A stretch of 64,000 bases of DNA from Octopus vulgaris (taxonomy: Eukaryota): positions 84,940,001-85,004,000 of the forward strand of contig OX597818.1 of assembly GCA_951406725.2 (NCBI GenBank), in the 5' to 3' direction. The translations under genes and the position numbers were made by a program. Under the pieces are notes generated by a model that searched no databases, was not told where the DNA came from, and saw only the letters and a program-made list of their open reading frames with translations. Below are positions 13,559 through 29,820 of this stretch, one piece after another. Position 1 is the stretch's first letter. Each line of letters starts with the position of its first letter.

Positions 13559-14974
13559 GACGGGCTTCTTTCAGTTTCCACCTACTTTTTATCTTTTACT
13601 TGTTTCCGTCTTTGGACTGCGGCCATGCTGGGGCACCGCTTTGAATATTTTGCTCAAGTAAATCGGCTCCTGTCTTTTACTTATTCTATCAGACATTTTT
13701 ACTGAACTGCTATGTTATGGGGAAGTAAACAAGCAAACACCGGTCATTAGGCTGAAACGGAAGACAAACACTTGCACAGGGACGTGCGTGCACGCACTCA
13801 CACACATCCTATATATATATATATAGTTGATAAAAGAAACGGAAGATAGATTTAATAGGAATCTTTTTTCAACACAACACTCGTTTCGACGCGTCTTGCA
13901 TTTAACCCATAGGGATAAGACATCGTGCATCTAGTTGTGTTGCATCGATCAGAGCAAGCAGTGTCACTTCTGGTGTTTGGTGTTGAAAAAGATATAGTGA
14001 GTTATCCTTGGCATATTGTTCTGGTTTGTTGTATATTGGTACACACACAAAGAGTAGGATAAGTTTGGGGTTGTACTGGCGAATAGGGCTGGCTGCAGTT
14101 GACCATGAATATATTACATAAATTTAGATCATAATTGATAGAGAATAAAATCTGTCGAAGAAAGTTAAGGTTAAGAAGGATGGGTATAGACTCATGATCA
14201 TGAACACATATATAGACGTGGATGTCCTCATTTCGAACATTCAACGACAATAGGAGTCTTCAAAGACAGTTGCTCCCATAAATTCCAAAATAAAATTTTG
14301 GATTTACGGAGTGTCAAAGTTGGGAGCAAAAACAGAACAGTGGAGACATACAAAGAAACCGAACGAAAATAAACATGGAGAGTCGTTAAACAGTTGGTGA
14401 TGTCCTGTACCCGTATATGCGCATGTAATATATATGTATATATATTATTTATATTATTTAATTGAACACCATTTCCAAGTAATTCTATCTTAACCTTTTG
14501 GATGTGATTCTACTCTTTACTGTTTTCTTCCACCATCCTTCTCTAATTCCCTTTTCTTCCTCTTCACCTTTTCCTATCTATCTCTCTCCTCTCTTTCTCT
14601 TTTTGCTCTCTTATTGCACACACGTGATCATCATCCATCTTTTCCTCACGTGACCATCTTTCTTTTCCTACACGGACGTTCAAAGGACTGGACGTTTGCT
14701 TTCTCTCTTCTATCTTTTCTCTTTCCCAAAAAGATATTTCTTCTAGCGTTTACTATTTTCCTCTCGTTCTGCTCTAACGACCCTCCATGTTTGTTTTCGT
14801 TAACCCCACTGTCCCTCCTAACAACCCCACACACACCTCCCTAATCCCTCCCCCTCAGACCTCCACCAGCCCCACCACCCTCCTACTCTTACTCCCATTC
14901 CACCCACCCCTTCTCCACTTCCGTCTGTTGTTACCATTGCCCCTGATCTTCCCCTCTCTGCGGCGGAGCGCTTC

Positions 14975-17040
14975 GTCCTCGGTAGGGGTCCAGACGCGTG
15001 CTGATGTCCACAGCTTTGTGCGCCGCGTCAGGTTGGGTGCGTTTTTCCGCGACTCACCACCCGCATCCAACGATGAGGACTGCTTCACTGACCTGGGCCG
15101 CCGACCATCCCTGTGGACGCCTGCCCCCGGCCAGTTCCTAGCAGTGGGTCTTTTCGCGGGCGCCTGTCAGCGTGCGTTGGAGCGGTTCAACTTCTCCAGG
15201 AGCCACCGCCGCATCAACATCTCCCCGGCCGAGCTCTCGGCTCTTCGTTCCCTCCAACAAAGGTGGAGCTGTGGTGGTGTGGCGCGCGGACCTCTACAGG
15301 GCCGAGGCGCTCCGCCAACTCAATGACACCTCCTTCTACTCCCTTTGTCCTCTAACCCCACGCGTAGCTACCAACATACGGTATTCTCTACTGTCCACGA
15401 CCTCATCTCGTCCTCCCGTCTCCCCCACACCGCATCCAACCTCATTGTGCGAACCCCACGCACCCCCACCATTTACCTCCTCCACAAAATCCACAAACCT
15501 AACAACCCTGGCCGCCCCATCATCTCCACCTGTAACTGCCCCACGGAGCTCATCTCAAAATACCTCGACCGTGTCCTTGCCCCCCTAGTGGCATCTCTTC
15601 CCTCCAACATCCACGACACCAACCATGCTCTCCGGCTTTTCAACTCTTTCTCCTTTCCTCCCGGCTCCTCCAAAATACTTTTTACAATGGACATCCAAAG
15701 CCTCTATGCCGTCATCCCTCACCACGAAGGACTGCGGGCACTTCAACACTTTCTCGACCTCCGCCCCAACCCCGAACCCGACACCTCCACACTCATTCGT
15801 CTGGCCGAACTTGTCCTTTCTCTTAACTGCTTCTCGTTCGCGGGCGAGTTCTACCAACAGTTCTCGGGAGTGGCCATGGGAACGCGAATGGGCCCCAACT
15901 ATGCGAACCTGTTCGTTGGCTATGTTGAGGCCCAAATATTCTCTAGTTTCACTGGTCCCACTCCCGAACTATACGGTCGTTACATTGAAGACATTATCGG
16001 TGCCACCTCACTCTCTCGTGAACATCTAGATTCCTTCCTCTCTTTCGTTCAATCCTTCCATCCTGCCCTCCACTTCACCTCCACTATCTCCAACACCTCT
16101 GTCTCCTACCTCGACATTTCGGTCAGCATTCATCACTCCACTCTTACCACCTCCATTCACTACAAACACACAGACTCACACTCATACCTAAACTTCTCTT
16201 CCTCCCACCCCAAACACACCAAGCTTTCCATCCCGTATTCCCAATTCCTCCGTCTACGCAGGCTCTGTAGTGACGACCATGACTTTGAGACTCAGTCTCA
16301 ACTCATGGCTCGCCACTTCATCCAACGTGGATACCCCCTCACCACTATCCACACCGCCCTTGCCAGAGCACGTTCCGTAGACCGTGCATCTGCTCTCTCC
16401 CCCCGAACCCGCCCTTTAGTCTCCCGCCTCCCATTTCCCTTCACTTACAACCCCACGACCCTACCTCTCCAACGCACCATTCTTCGAGCTTTCCGGCATC
16501 TCCAATCCGACCCGTCCACTTCACACCTCTTCCCAAACCGACCCCTCCCCTCCTTCAAACGAGCCCATAACCTACGAGACCTCTTGGTCCACAGCTCCTT
16601 CCCTGACCCTACCTCCCAACCTGGCTCGTTCCCCTGCTCCCGCCCACGTTGCTGCACTTGCCCTTACCTCTCCAACACCACCCTCCACACTGGCACCCAT
16701 CATCGACCCTATCACATCATCAACTCCTTCACCTGCACCTCCAGCAATATCATCTATTGCATCTCCTGCTCTCTCTGCCATTCCCTGTACATCGGACAAA
16801 CGGGACGCCGCTTGGCTGACCGGTTCGCGGAACACCTCCGTGACATCCGCCTTGCCAACGACACACCGGTCTCACGCCATTTCCGCTCCACCGGTCACTC
16901 CTTGCAACATCTGTCTGTGTTCGGATTGTCCTTGCACAGAGACCTTCCGGATTCCCGTTTGCGCCGTGAACAGAAATTAATCTTCTCTCTTCGCTCTTTC
17001 ACGCCATTTGGTCTCAACTCTCCCCCTTCTCATCTAACCT
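14975..17040 (+). pseudogene. Penelope-like RT/GIY-YIG endonuclease, disrupted
   Basis: NKGGAVVVW (DKG motif), KIHKPNNPGRPII, MDIQSLY, GVAMG, RYIED (YIDD altered), YLDI, CSRPRCCTC, NIIYCISC..YIGQTGRRLADRFAEH; frameshifts near 15255-15345; loss of the stop near 17035 extends the 814-aa ORF into low-complexity DNA. Confidence 0.92.
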
Positions 17041-17933
17041 CCCCCGACTCCTACTTCTCTTCAGTCCTTCATCTTTTCACCCTACTCTCTTTCCCTCTTC
17101 TTTCCTCTTTCCTCTTCCCTCTTCCCCTTCTCTCTTTCTCTCTGCTCCCTCACTCCCCTTCTCTCCCCTTCTTTCCCATCCCCCCTCCTCTCCCCTCCTT
17201 TCCCATCCCCTCCTCTTCTCCTCTCCTTCCTTATCCCCCTCTCCCTCCTCTCCCCCTTCCTCTCCCCCTTCCTCTCCCCCTTCCTCTCCTCTCCTTCCTT
17301 CTTCCCCCTCCCTCTTTCCTCTCCTCTCCTTTCTTCTTTCCCCCTCACCCCCTCATCTCATCTCTCCTCCCTCCTCCTCCCTCCTCCTCCTTTCTCCCCC
17401 TCATCTCCTCTCTCCCCTCTCCTTCCTCATCCCCTCTCCCCCTATCTCCTCTCTTCCCTCCTCCCTCCTCCCTCTCTCTTCTCTCCCCTTTCACTCTCCC
17501 CACAACCCCCACTCTACCCCAACCTGCAGCCGAACCCACACCCCTACCTCCCCCTTTCACTCTCCCCACAACCCCCACTTTACCCCAACCCACAGCCGAA
17601 CCCACAACCCACATGGGCTTTCCCCACCTCCCACCACACTACACTACACTACACCATACGACACTACATTACACTACACCATACGACATTACACATCACA
17701 TCATACATACACCCATCCAGACCTTTCATACGCACATACATACTCTCTCATACACACACGCACCCTTATGTTGGGGTGAGGTCATTTGACCTTGTTATCT
17801 CCCCTTCTATCCCTCTTGCGTCTAACGTCTGATCTCTGACTTCTGGCCGAAATCAGACCGCCATGTTGATTCGTTAGCTCCTGCACGCATCTTTTTTCTC
17901 TCCTTGTTTCTCTCCGTGTTTCTTTTCTGTGTA

Positions 17934-17971
17934 TCTTTCTGTTGAAGAGTGTAGGCTCGAAACGTAAAAGA
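17934..17971 (+). ncRNA. Minimal type I hammerhead-ribozyme-like motif with variant core
   Basis: TCTTT-CTGTTGA-A-GAG-tgtagg-CTC-GAAA-CGTA-AAAGA: stem I TCTTT/AAAGA, stem II GAG/CTC, palindromic ACGT in place of stem III; lies in the Penelope 3' terminus. Confidence 0.65.
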
Positions 17972-18479
17972 CTTGTTTTATTTCTATTCCTGAGCGCCAT
18001 ACTAATACAATTGTTTGTTTGTACTCCACCTGCCTTCGCCTTTTGTTAATTTTCGTAAAGCTTCCTGTTTTATATATACATATATATATATATATAAATA
18101 ATATATATATATTATTTAATTGAACACCACGCATCCATTTCCAAGTATGTGTATGCGTATATATATAAACACACACATATAAGACGGGCTTCTTTCAATT
18201 TCCATCTCCCAAATCCACTCACAAGGCTAAGCTAACCCCGTGGCCATAGTAGAAGACACTTGCCAATGGTGACATGCAGAAGGTCTGAACTCGTAACCTT
18301 GTGGTTTGGAAGCAAACATTTTACCACACATCCACGCCTGCACACACGCACACACACACAAACACACATAATTACATCGATACACACACGTGCAGAGCGA
18401 GACACATTATTTGCGTGTAAGTGCGTGTATGTATGAATGTATGTGTATACGTATGTATATATTAGTGTAGTTGTCTGTA

Positions 18480-18539
<60 letters not shown>

Positions 18540-19964
18540 TATGTGTGTTTGGCTACGTAATATTGCAGTACATCTGTATTGACGTGTACGTAGTGTAGTG
18601 TAGCTGGGTGCTTGTGAGTCATAGTTAAGCCGATGAAATGCGTTCTCACGTGGATTATCCATATAGTTCTATTGTTAGACATAAGCGAGAAGACGGGGAG
18701 TTAGGAACGATGTATGACACTGGCGATGTGGAAGGAGTTACGAGTTACACAAGTAAATATGTTGGTGATGGTGGAGGGGGGGGTTAAGCGGGGTACGTTT
18801 GTGCGTGGATGCCGATGTATTTATACATGAGTATGTGATTTGTGCTTATGCACACGCCTAACCTGCCGATATATGTATATATATATACGCACACAGACAC
18901 AGGTGTATGTAACCATAAGTACGAATAGATACACACATATCTACACACACACACACATCTGCATATATTTAGGCATATATACGTATACATGTGTGTATAT
19001 ATATATATATATATAGATATACATATATATATATATATAGCTCCATACATACGCATTCGCAAAGATATATGTATCTATGAATTTATACTGGCATACATTG
19101 AATATAATGTGTTATATGCGTGCGTGTGTGTGTGTGTGTACATGAATGAAAGGATATATTCTTGTATATGTGTAATGAGATATGTATATATCTATATGTA
19201 AGTTTTATTAAATAGACTCAAGTATTGAGACTGGGTGTGTGTTTGTGGATGAACAGTACATATGTCTACCAGCGAAGCTTTTTGTAAACATACATCTAGC
19301 ATCACTCTGTAAACATACCTTTGATTAAACAAGGAATTTCTCTTCAGAATAGACCAGAGAATAACCCGACTAGTTTCGTCCCGTCACCGTTGGTTTATCA
19401 ACACTGTCAATCCCAAGGGAGAGAAAGAAAGCAAGGAAGAGAAAGAGAGAGAGAGAGAGTAAACGAGAGACAGAGGAAAAAAAGAGAGAGAGAAAAAGAG
19501 AGAGGAAAAAAAGAGAGAGAGGGAGGCTTATTAAAAGTTAAATCGACAAACAGGCCTCGATTTCGCTCACTTGCATTGCAGTACATTCGCTGGTAGCGTG
19601 TGTGTTAATTAGATAAAACATAACGTGATATGAGGATAAATTGCCAACAATTGTACGTTCTGTGCAGGTGTGTGTGTTTGTGTATAAATGTATGTATGGG
19701 ACATTGCTTGACATAGCTTATTGCTTTATTGTTCGTTCGTCACTTTTAGTTGTTACGGTACGGTCAATTATTACCGTCCGGTTATCTGTTCACAAGTGTG
19801 TGTTTTTATGTGTGTATGTGTGTTTATGTGTACGTGTGTTTATGTGTGTGTGTGAGTGTGTGTTTGTGTGTGTATACATTCGCATGTCACTCTATCCATC
19901 TAAACACGCACCTACACGTGAAGTCATACTCGTATGTACATTCAGTTACAAACGCGCATACATA

Positions 19965-21247
19965 CGAGGGGCGTTCAATAAGTAATGCCCCTGACCCACT
20001 TCCCATAGCAGTAGAGCAACGAAACTTGGCACAGTTATTAGTCTTTTTCTACATAGGAACCACCCAGAGTTACGCATTTCTCCCATTGTTTGATGCAGCT
20101 CTGGAGACCATTTTTGTAGAAGACCCCAGCTTGGTCCTCTAACCTGAACGTGACTTCAGAAATCAAGGCTGCATCATCTGGGAAACGCTTTCCTTTCAAA
20201 AACAACTTCATGACTGGGAAGAGGTGAAAATCAGAGGGTGCAAGGTCAGGAAAGTAGGGGGATGGGGGAGGAGTTAATAGCCATACGCCTGTGCTTCTGA
20301 TCTGGCGACAAGCGAGTTGTGGACCGGAGCGTTGTCCTGCAGGAGGAGGATGTCTTTGCTGATCTTGCCCCGCCTCTTGATTTTGATAACTTCTCTTAAT
20401 TTCCTCAAAAGTGAAGCATAATAGGCTCCTGCAATTGTGGTACCCTTTGCCAGGAAATCTGTCATCACTACTCCGTCCTGGTCCCAGAAGATTGTGAGCA
20501 TGACCTTGCCAGCGGAGGGCTGCACCCTTGCCTTCTTTGGAGGGGGTGAGTCACGGTGCTTCCACTGCATTGACTGGGCTTTGGTCTCTGGATCATCGTG
20601 ATGGACCCAGGTTTCATCCTGTGTAATCAGTCTTTTGAAAAATTTTGACTCATCTTCTTGGCACATCTCCAAATTCACCCTCGAGCACTCGACGCGTTCT
20701 TGCTTCTGGAAAGGCGTGAGCAACCTGGGAACCCATCTGGCAGACACCTTTTGCAGATGCAAATGGTCATGAATGATAGTTTCCACAGACCCGGTACTAA
20801 TCTTGACCTCATGGGCTATTTGGCGAATAATTATGCGTCGATCTTCCAAAATGGCAGCCTCAACTTGACGGACAGATGCCTCATCAATGGCAAAAGGGTC
20901 GATCAGATCTGGGAGCTGCTTCCACAGAGTTCCGACCATGTTTGAATTCACGATGCCAGCGTTTTACAAAGTCATATGATGGGGCATCATCACCATAAGT
21001 TACTTTCATTTCATCAAAAGTCTCACGTGGTGTGCGTCCTTTCAAATACAAAAAACGGATCACTGCTCGACACTCAACAGGCTCCATTTCACACTTGACT
21101 CGTTTCAAACACCTGTAAATCAGAAACCACAATTAATTCAGAGCTGTAATTTGCTCTATAGAGATATAAATAATTGCACATACAAAATTTCAGCTAGATC
21201 CAACAACTGCAAGTGGGTCAGAGGCATTACTTATTGAACGTCCCTCG
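19965..21247 (-). mobile_element. Full-length mariner element (1283 bp) with TA target duplication
   Basis: TA|cgaggggcgttcaataagtaatgcccctgacccactt ... aagtgggtcagaggcattacttattgaacgtccctcg|TA. Confidence 0.95.
20038..21087 (-). pseudogene. Mariner DD34D-type transposase with frameshifts and a stop
   Basis: MEPVECRAVIRFL HTH, WVPRLL, QDETW, QDNAPVH, PDLAPSDFHLF, GSYVEKD*; split over several frames. Confidence 0.92.
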
Positions 21248-21305
21248 TATATAGACACGAACATATACGTATTTTTACACACGCATGTACGTGTGTGCCC
21301 GAGTG

Positions 21306-21404
<99 letters not shown>

Positions 21405-21407
21405 CAA

Positions 21408-21622
21408 AGGCGGTGAGCTGGCAGAAACGTTAGCACACCGTAGTCGTATTTCGTCCGCCGTTACGTTCTGAGTTCAAATTCCGCCGAGGTCGACTTTACC
21501 TTTCATCCTTTCGGGGTCGATAAATAAAGTACCAGTTACGCACTGGGGTCGATGTAATCGACTTAATCCATTTTTCTGTTCTTGTTTGTCCCCTCTATGT
21601 TTAGCCCTTTGTGGGCAGTAAA
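21408..21622 (+). mobile_element. Family A SINE
   Basis: ggcggtgagctggcagaaacgttagca ... core ... tttagccctttgtgggcagtaaa. Confidence 0.85.
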
Positions 21623-21806
21623 TATATATATATATATATATATGCATGTCATTGTTCACACGAAACAGTTCTCAAGATAAGAATATTACTTCATTCTTTC
21701 TGTTTATTTGTATTCAAGTTGAACATACATATTGAGTGTACTGGTGTTTATCTGCCTTTTTACTTGTATATATACATTTATAGAGAGTTAGGGACAGACA
21801 GACAGG

Positions 21807-21876
<70 letters not shown>

Positions 21877-22344
21877 TTTATAAAGACATAACATAACGTC
21901 AAACGATTACACAAATGTTTCAAAATCAATACGTATACCAATGATTTATTCTGAGAAAATAGTATAAAGTTTCATTGCGTCTTTTGTAGGGGATCAAGTA
22001 GAGCAAGATTTAGGTTTAAAGCCTAAGAATATGTTTTAAATTTTCTAGTGAGCTAATCTTATACTAATCCCGAGGCTTCGAGTCCTTAAAAAACATATGC
22101 AATTCTATTCCATTTTTATCTGTAATTTGGGTGTTTAATGTTATTTAAAACTATTAAGCCATCGTCACGATACAAACCTCATGAAGTAAGGAAATTCAGT
22201 TTTTAGTTGACGTATGATATAGAGCCTTATTAGATCTGTTACTTTAACCGAGTTACTAGAGCCCACGCTAACTTCAAAGGCCATACTACAGGGTTTTTTA
22301 GCCTACAGTCACAGATGACGCATACATACATGCACGCATACTCG

Positions 22345-22389
<45 letters not shown>

Positions 22390-22450
22390 GTGATTATGTA
22401 TATGCAAACATAGCTGTATATAAAAGTATATATGAATATAAATATATACG

Positions 22451-22494
<44 letters not shown>

Positions 22495-22514
22495 CGGACA
22501 GACAGACAGACAGG

Positions 22515-22602
<88 letters not shown>

Positions 22603-23217
22603 GAAGATGCATACGTACATATTTGTGTATGTCTATACAGATGTATATAGAGTCTATTTCTGTGTGAAAGTGTGTACATTCTTGCATTAGTGTTGTAAGA
22701 GACGTAATGCTTCATGTGACATCAGAACATCCTATTCGTCAAACATTGTCTTCAGTGTTCCTATGTATTTCTCCCTTCCCATTTTGTATTCTTTGACGGC
22801 AACTACCACCTCAGCCATCACCCCAACAGACACTTCCACTTTCCTCAACCACCTCAACCTATATCTATCACGTCCTGCTCTGCCTCACAGCTATAATCCG
22901 TCTCTTTCTCGCCTTTCTACTAATCATATCATTATGGTAATCTACCAGTTTATTTTCTACACTCATTTATCATTTTGACATGCACACTCGCTTATACTGT
23001 CTATCATTTCGTCTCTCTCTATCCCTCTCTCTCCCTTACTCTCTCTTTCTCTCTCTCACTCTCTAAGACCTGTGTGTGTGTATGTGTGTGTCACAGACGC
23101 ATACGTGTAAAGCCACATATTTATACATATGCATATCAAATATATGTATGTATATTTACACATATATATATGTGTATGTATATATACATACATATGTATA
23201 TATACATATATATATAT

Positions 23218-23259
<42 letters not shown>

Positions 23260-23519
23260 ATGTATGTATGTAGTCATATAGTTCTAGATATAATCAGCTC
23301 AGTGTATTTAAATGTTTTCCGCAATAAACATAGACTTCATTTAAATGGCTCCGATAAAGTTATTAATTGCCGCACGTACACTCACCCCTGTGCAAGCTTA
23401 TTATGGCACAAACGGTTGTAGGCTAATGAAAGTCATTACGTAACTCCTGTTCCTTTGTCTCAACTTAATTGATGTTACGTTCTTTATTCTCCTGACGCTT
23501 TACTATAATACGTAAGCAT

Positions 23520-24140
23520 ATTCTTTTCTACTCTAGGCACAAGGTCTGAAATTTTGGGGGAGGGACCCAGTCGATTAGATCGAACCCAGTACGCAACTGG
23601 TACTTAATTTATCGACCCCGAAAGGATGAAAGCAAAGTCGACTTGGCGGAATTTGAACTCAGAACGGAAAGACAGACGAAATGCCGATAAGCATTTCGCC
23701 CGGCGTGCTAACGTTTCTTATTTCCTTATTGCCCAGAAGGGGCTAAACATAGTGGGGACAAACAAGGACAGACAAAGGGATTAAGTCGAATACATCGACC
23801 CCAGTGCGTAACTGGTACTTAATTTATCGACCCCGACAGGACGAAAGGCAAAGTCGACCTGCGCAGAATTTGAACTCAGAACGTAGCGGCAGACGAAATA
23901 CCTATTTCTATTTTTTTACTACCCACAAGGGGCTAAACACAGAGAGGACAAGCAAGGACAGACAAACGGATTAAGTTGATTATATAGACCCCAGTGCGTA
24001 ACTGGTACTTATTTAATCGACCTCGAGAGGATGAAAGGCAAAGTCGACCTCGGCGGAATTTGAACTTAGAACGTAGCGGCAGACGAAATACCGCTAAGCT
24101 TTTCGTCTGGCATGCTAACGATTCTGCCAGCTCACCGCCT
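23520..24140 (-). mobile_element. Three tandem family A SINEs
   Basis: Three successive reverse-complement copies of core and head. Confidence 0.85.
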
Positions 24141-24143
24141 AAC

Positions 24144-27341
<3,198 letters not shown>

Positions 27342-27368
27342 TAATAATAATAATAATAATAATAATAA

Positions 27369-27924
27369 ATGCCCTGATGCAGTACCAGGCAGTGGCTCTC
27401 ATGGCTTCTGATCTTAACTGATTGGAAGTGTTATCATGTACATTGTTTTGTCTTGGTATAAAAGATGGGCTACAGCAAATATTCTGCTCAATACCACAGA
27501 TTTGCTTGTCAGTTGTTTGACCTTAACCAGTTGAGCATGTCCCTTAGTGGCTGACGATATGTGCATCTCTGATCACGAGCAGAAGTAGTGGGGGAGCATC
27601 ATAGCCATGTGTTGAGAGGGATTCTTTGGGGTTTGAATAGTTCACCTCTGGAAACATGGGTGGTTCTTTCAACATCCTTAAACAACCCTTATTCAGGGAC
27701 CTTTTGAGCGGGATGGGCTACTCAACCTGAAGAAAATTCTAACTGGGCCCCACCTGCAAGGTCATGTGCTGTTTATCTTGATATGAGATCACCATGTCGC
27801 GCACATATGGTTGTGATGCATGTGCCTGGTGTACCTTTATCAGACGGGTAGTCATGATGGGTATATTGGGCTTCGTATATTTTACCCCAGTGTCACTTTG
27901 ATGGCATGAACTGCTCTCTCACTC
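27369..27924. mobile_element. ~556-bp non-coding interspersed element, copy 1
   Basis: atgccctgatgcagtacc...ctgctctctcactc, near-identical to 30473-31028 and 31409-31989; flanked by (AAT)n. Confidence 0.9.
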
Positions 27925-28026
<102 letters not shown>

Positions 28027-28045
28027 GATACCAATAATAATAATA

Positions 28046-28089
<44 letters not shown>

Positions 28090-28090
<1 letters not shown>

Positions 28091-28545
28091 TGGGACCTCC
28101 CTATTCAACGGACAAGAAATTAGAAAAATAATAGACCGGACAATTACAGATAAGGAAAAGCAAAGTTGCTTTACTTATCGACTCATCATGCTTGTCTGAT
28201 TCCAGGATCGTGAAGCTTGAGAGGACGAATAAGAAATAATAATACAACCTCTTAAAATTTAAAATAGGAAGAGTCTGGAGCATGAGGAGAGTAAAGGTCG
28301 TGCCTATAATAATTGGTGCGGTTGTAACAGTAAGCAAAGATATAGACAAATGGTTGAAGGAGAATGGAATAGAATGCCCAGTAGACCTCCTACAGAATGT
28401 CTCTTAGAGACAGCAAGGATTATCAGGAGAGTTCTAAGCACTTGGAACACAGCTGGAAACTTGTAGGTACTTAAGGTAACAGATAGTAACCCGCTACCCA
28501 CATAAATCCTACCATAAATAAGACCGAACCTGAATCAAACCAAAA
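28090..28545 (+). pseudogene. Short degenerate RLE LINE 3' fragment
   Basis: WDLPIQ..NNRPD, VVPIIIGA and LETARIIRRVL in broken frames; ends in aataataa. Confidence 0.7.
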
Positions 28546-28574
28546 TAATAATAACGATAATGATAATACTAACA

Positions 28575-29240
28575 ATCCTTTCTACTAAAGGCACAAAACC
28601 TGAAATTTTGGTGGAAGGAACTAGTCGATCACGTTCGATCCCCAGTGTTTCACTGGTACTTAATTTATCGACCCCGAAAGATAAAAGACATAGTCGACAT
28701 CGGCAGAATTTGAACTCAATGATAATCCTTTCTACTCTAGGTACAAGGACCGAAATTTGGGGGGAGGGGGTCAGTCGATTAGATCGAACCCAGTATGCAG
28801 CTGGTACTTAATTTATCGACCCCGTAAGGATGAGAGGCAAAGTCGACGTCGGCGGAATTTGATATAATCAACTTAATCCGTTTGGCTGTCCTTGTTTGTC
28901 CTCTTTGTGTTTAGCCCCTTGTGTGTAGTAAAGAAATAGGTATTTCCGCCATCTTTACGTTCTGTGTTCAAATTCCACCGAGCTCGACTTTGCCTTTTAT
29001 CCTTTCGGGGTCGATTAAATAAGTATGACTTAAACACACACTAGGATCGATGTAATCGAGTTAATCCCCTCCCCACAAGTTGCCCTAGTAGCAAAAAATT
29101 TGAAACTCTACTTCTAAGTTCATATTCGCCTTTCATCCTTTCGGTCTCATGAATTAAATACCAGTGAAACACTGGAGTCGATGTAATCGACTAGTGCCCA
29201 CTACCCAAATTTCAGACTTTGTGCCTGTAGTAGAAAGGAT
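28575..29240. mobile_element. Cluster of family A SINE fragments in both orientations
   Basis: Two minus-strand cores followed by plus-strand cores. Confidence 0.75.
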
Positions 29241-29329
29241 TATTATTGTTGTTGTTGTTGTTGTTGTGGTTGTTGTTACTGCTGTTGGTGGTGATGGTGG
29301 TGGTGGTGGTGGTGGTGTTATTATAAGAT

Positions 29330-29566
29330 GTTTACTTCTCAAGCATATGGTTCTGGGCTCAGTCACCTTGGGTAGTGTATATTATATAGCTTCGGCCCTA
29401 CCAAAGCCTTGTGAGTGGATTTGGTAGACGGCAACTAAAAGAAATCCGTCGTACATATTCGCGTGTGTGTGTGCGCACGCACATACGCAAGCGTGCGTGC
29501 GTGTGCATGAGTGTCTTTCTCTGTGTGTGTATATCACACACACACACACACACTCACACACACACA

Positions 29567-29622
<56 letters not shown>

Positions 29623-29820
29623 CACACACACACCGCTTCACAACCGACATTGGTGTGTTTAGGTCCCCGTAACCTAGCGGTTCGGAAAAAGAAACCGATA
29701 AAATAAGTACCAGGCTTTCCAAAAAGGAACATAAGTACTGGAGTCGATTAGTTCGACTAAAATTCCTCAAGGCGGTGCCCCAGCATGGCCGCAGTCTAAT
29801 GACTGAAACAAGTGAAAGAT
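29330..29820 (+). mobile_element. Family B SINE with internal TG/CA tract
   Basis: caccttgggtagtg...ccaaagccttgtgagtggatttggtagacgg...ccagcatggccgcagtctaatgactgaaacaag. Confidence 0.85.

Larger units (their letters stand above)
14452..18147 (+). mobile_element. Penelope-like retroelement (Neptune-type), near full length
   Basis: RT + Cys linker + GIY-YIG frame; C-rich 3' tract; hammerhead-like motif at 17934-17971; tattatttaattgaacacc..atttccaagta occurs at both ends (14452-14481 and 18110-18147). Confidence 0.9.

Noticed and set aside
15345-17789. 814-aa ORF as an intact active protein with a Pro/Ser-rich domain
   Set aside because: N-terminus is frameshifted, catalytic YIDD reads YIED, and the tail is read-through into a low-complexity tract
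20274-20951. SETMAR-like host gene
   Set aside because: Bounded by TIRs and a TA TSD, no SET domain, frame broken: an ordinary mariner
27371-27420. Hammerhead or HDV-like ribozyme at the start of the 556-bp element
   Set aside because: Reads CTGATGC with no matching GAAA, and I could not build an HDV pseudoknot by eye
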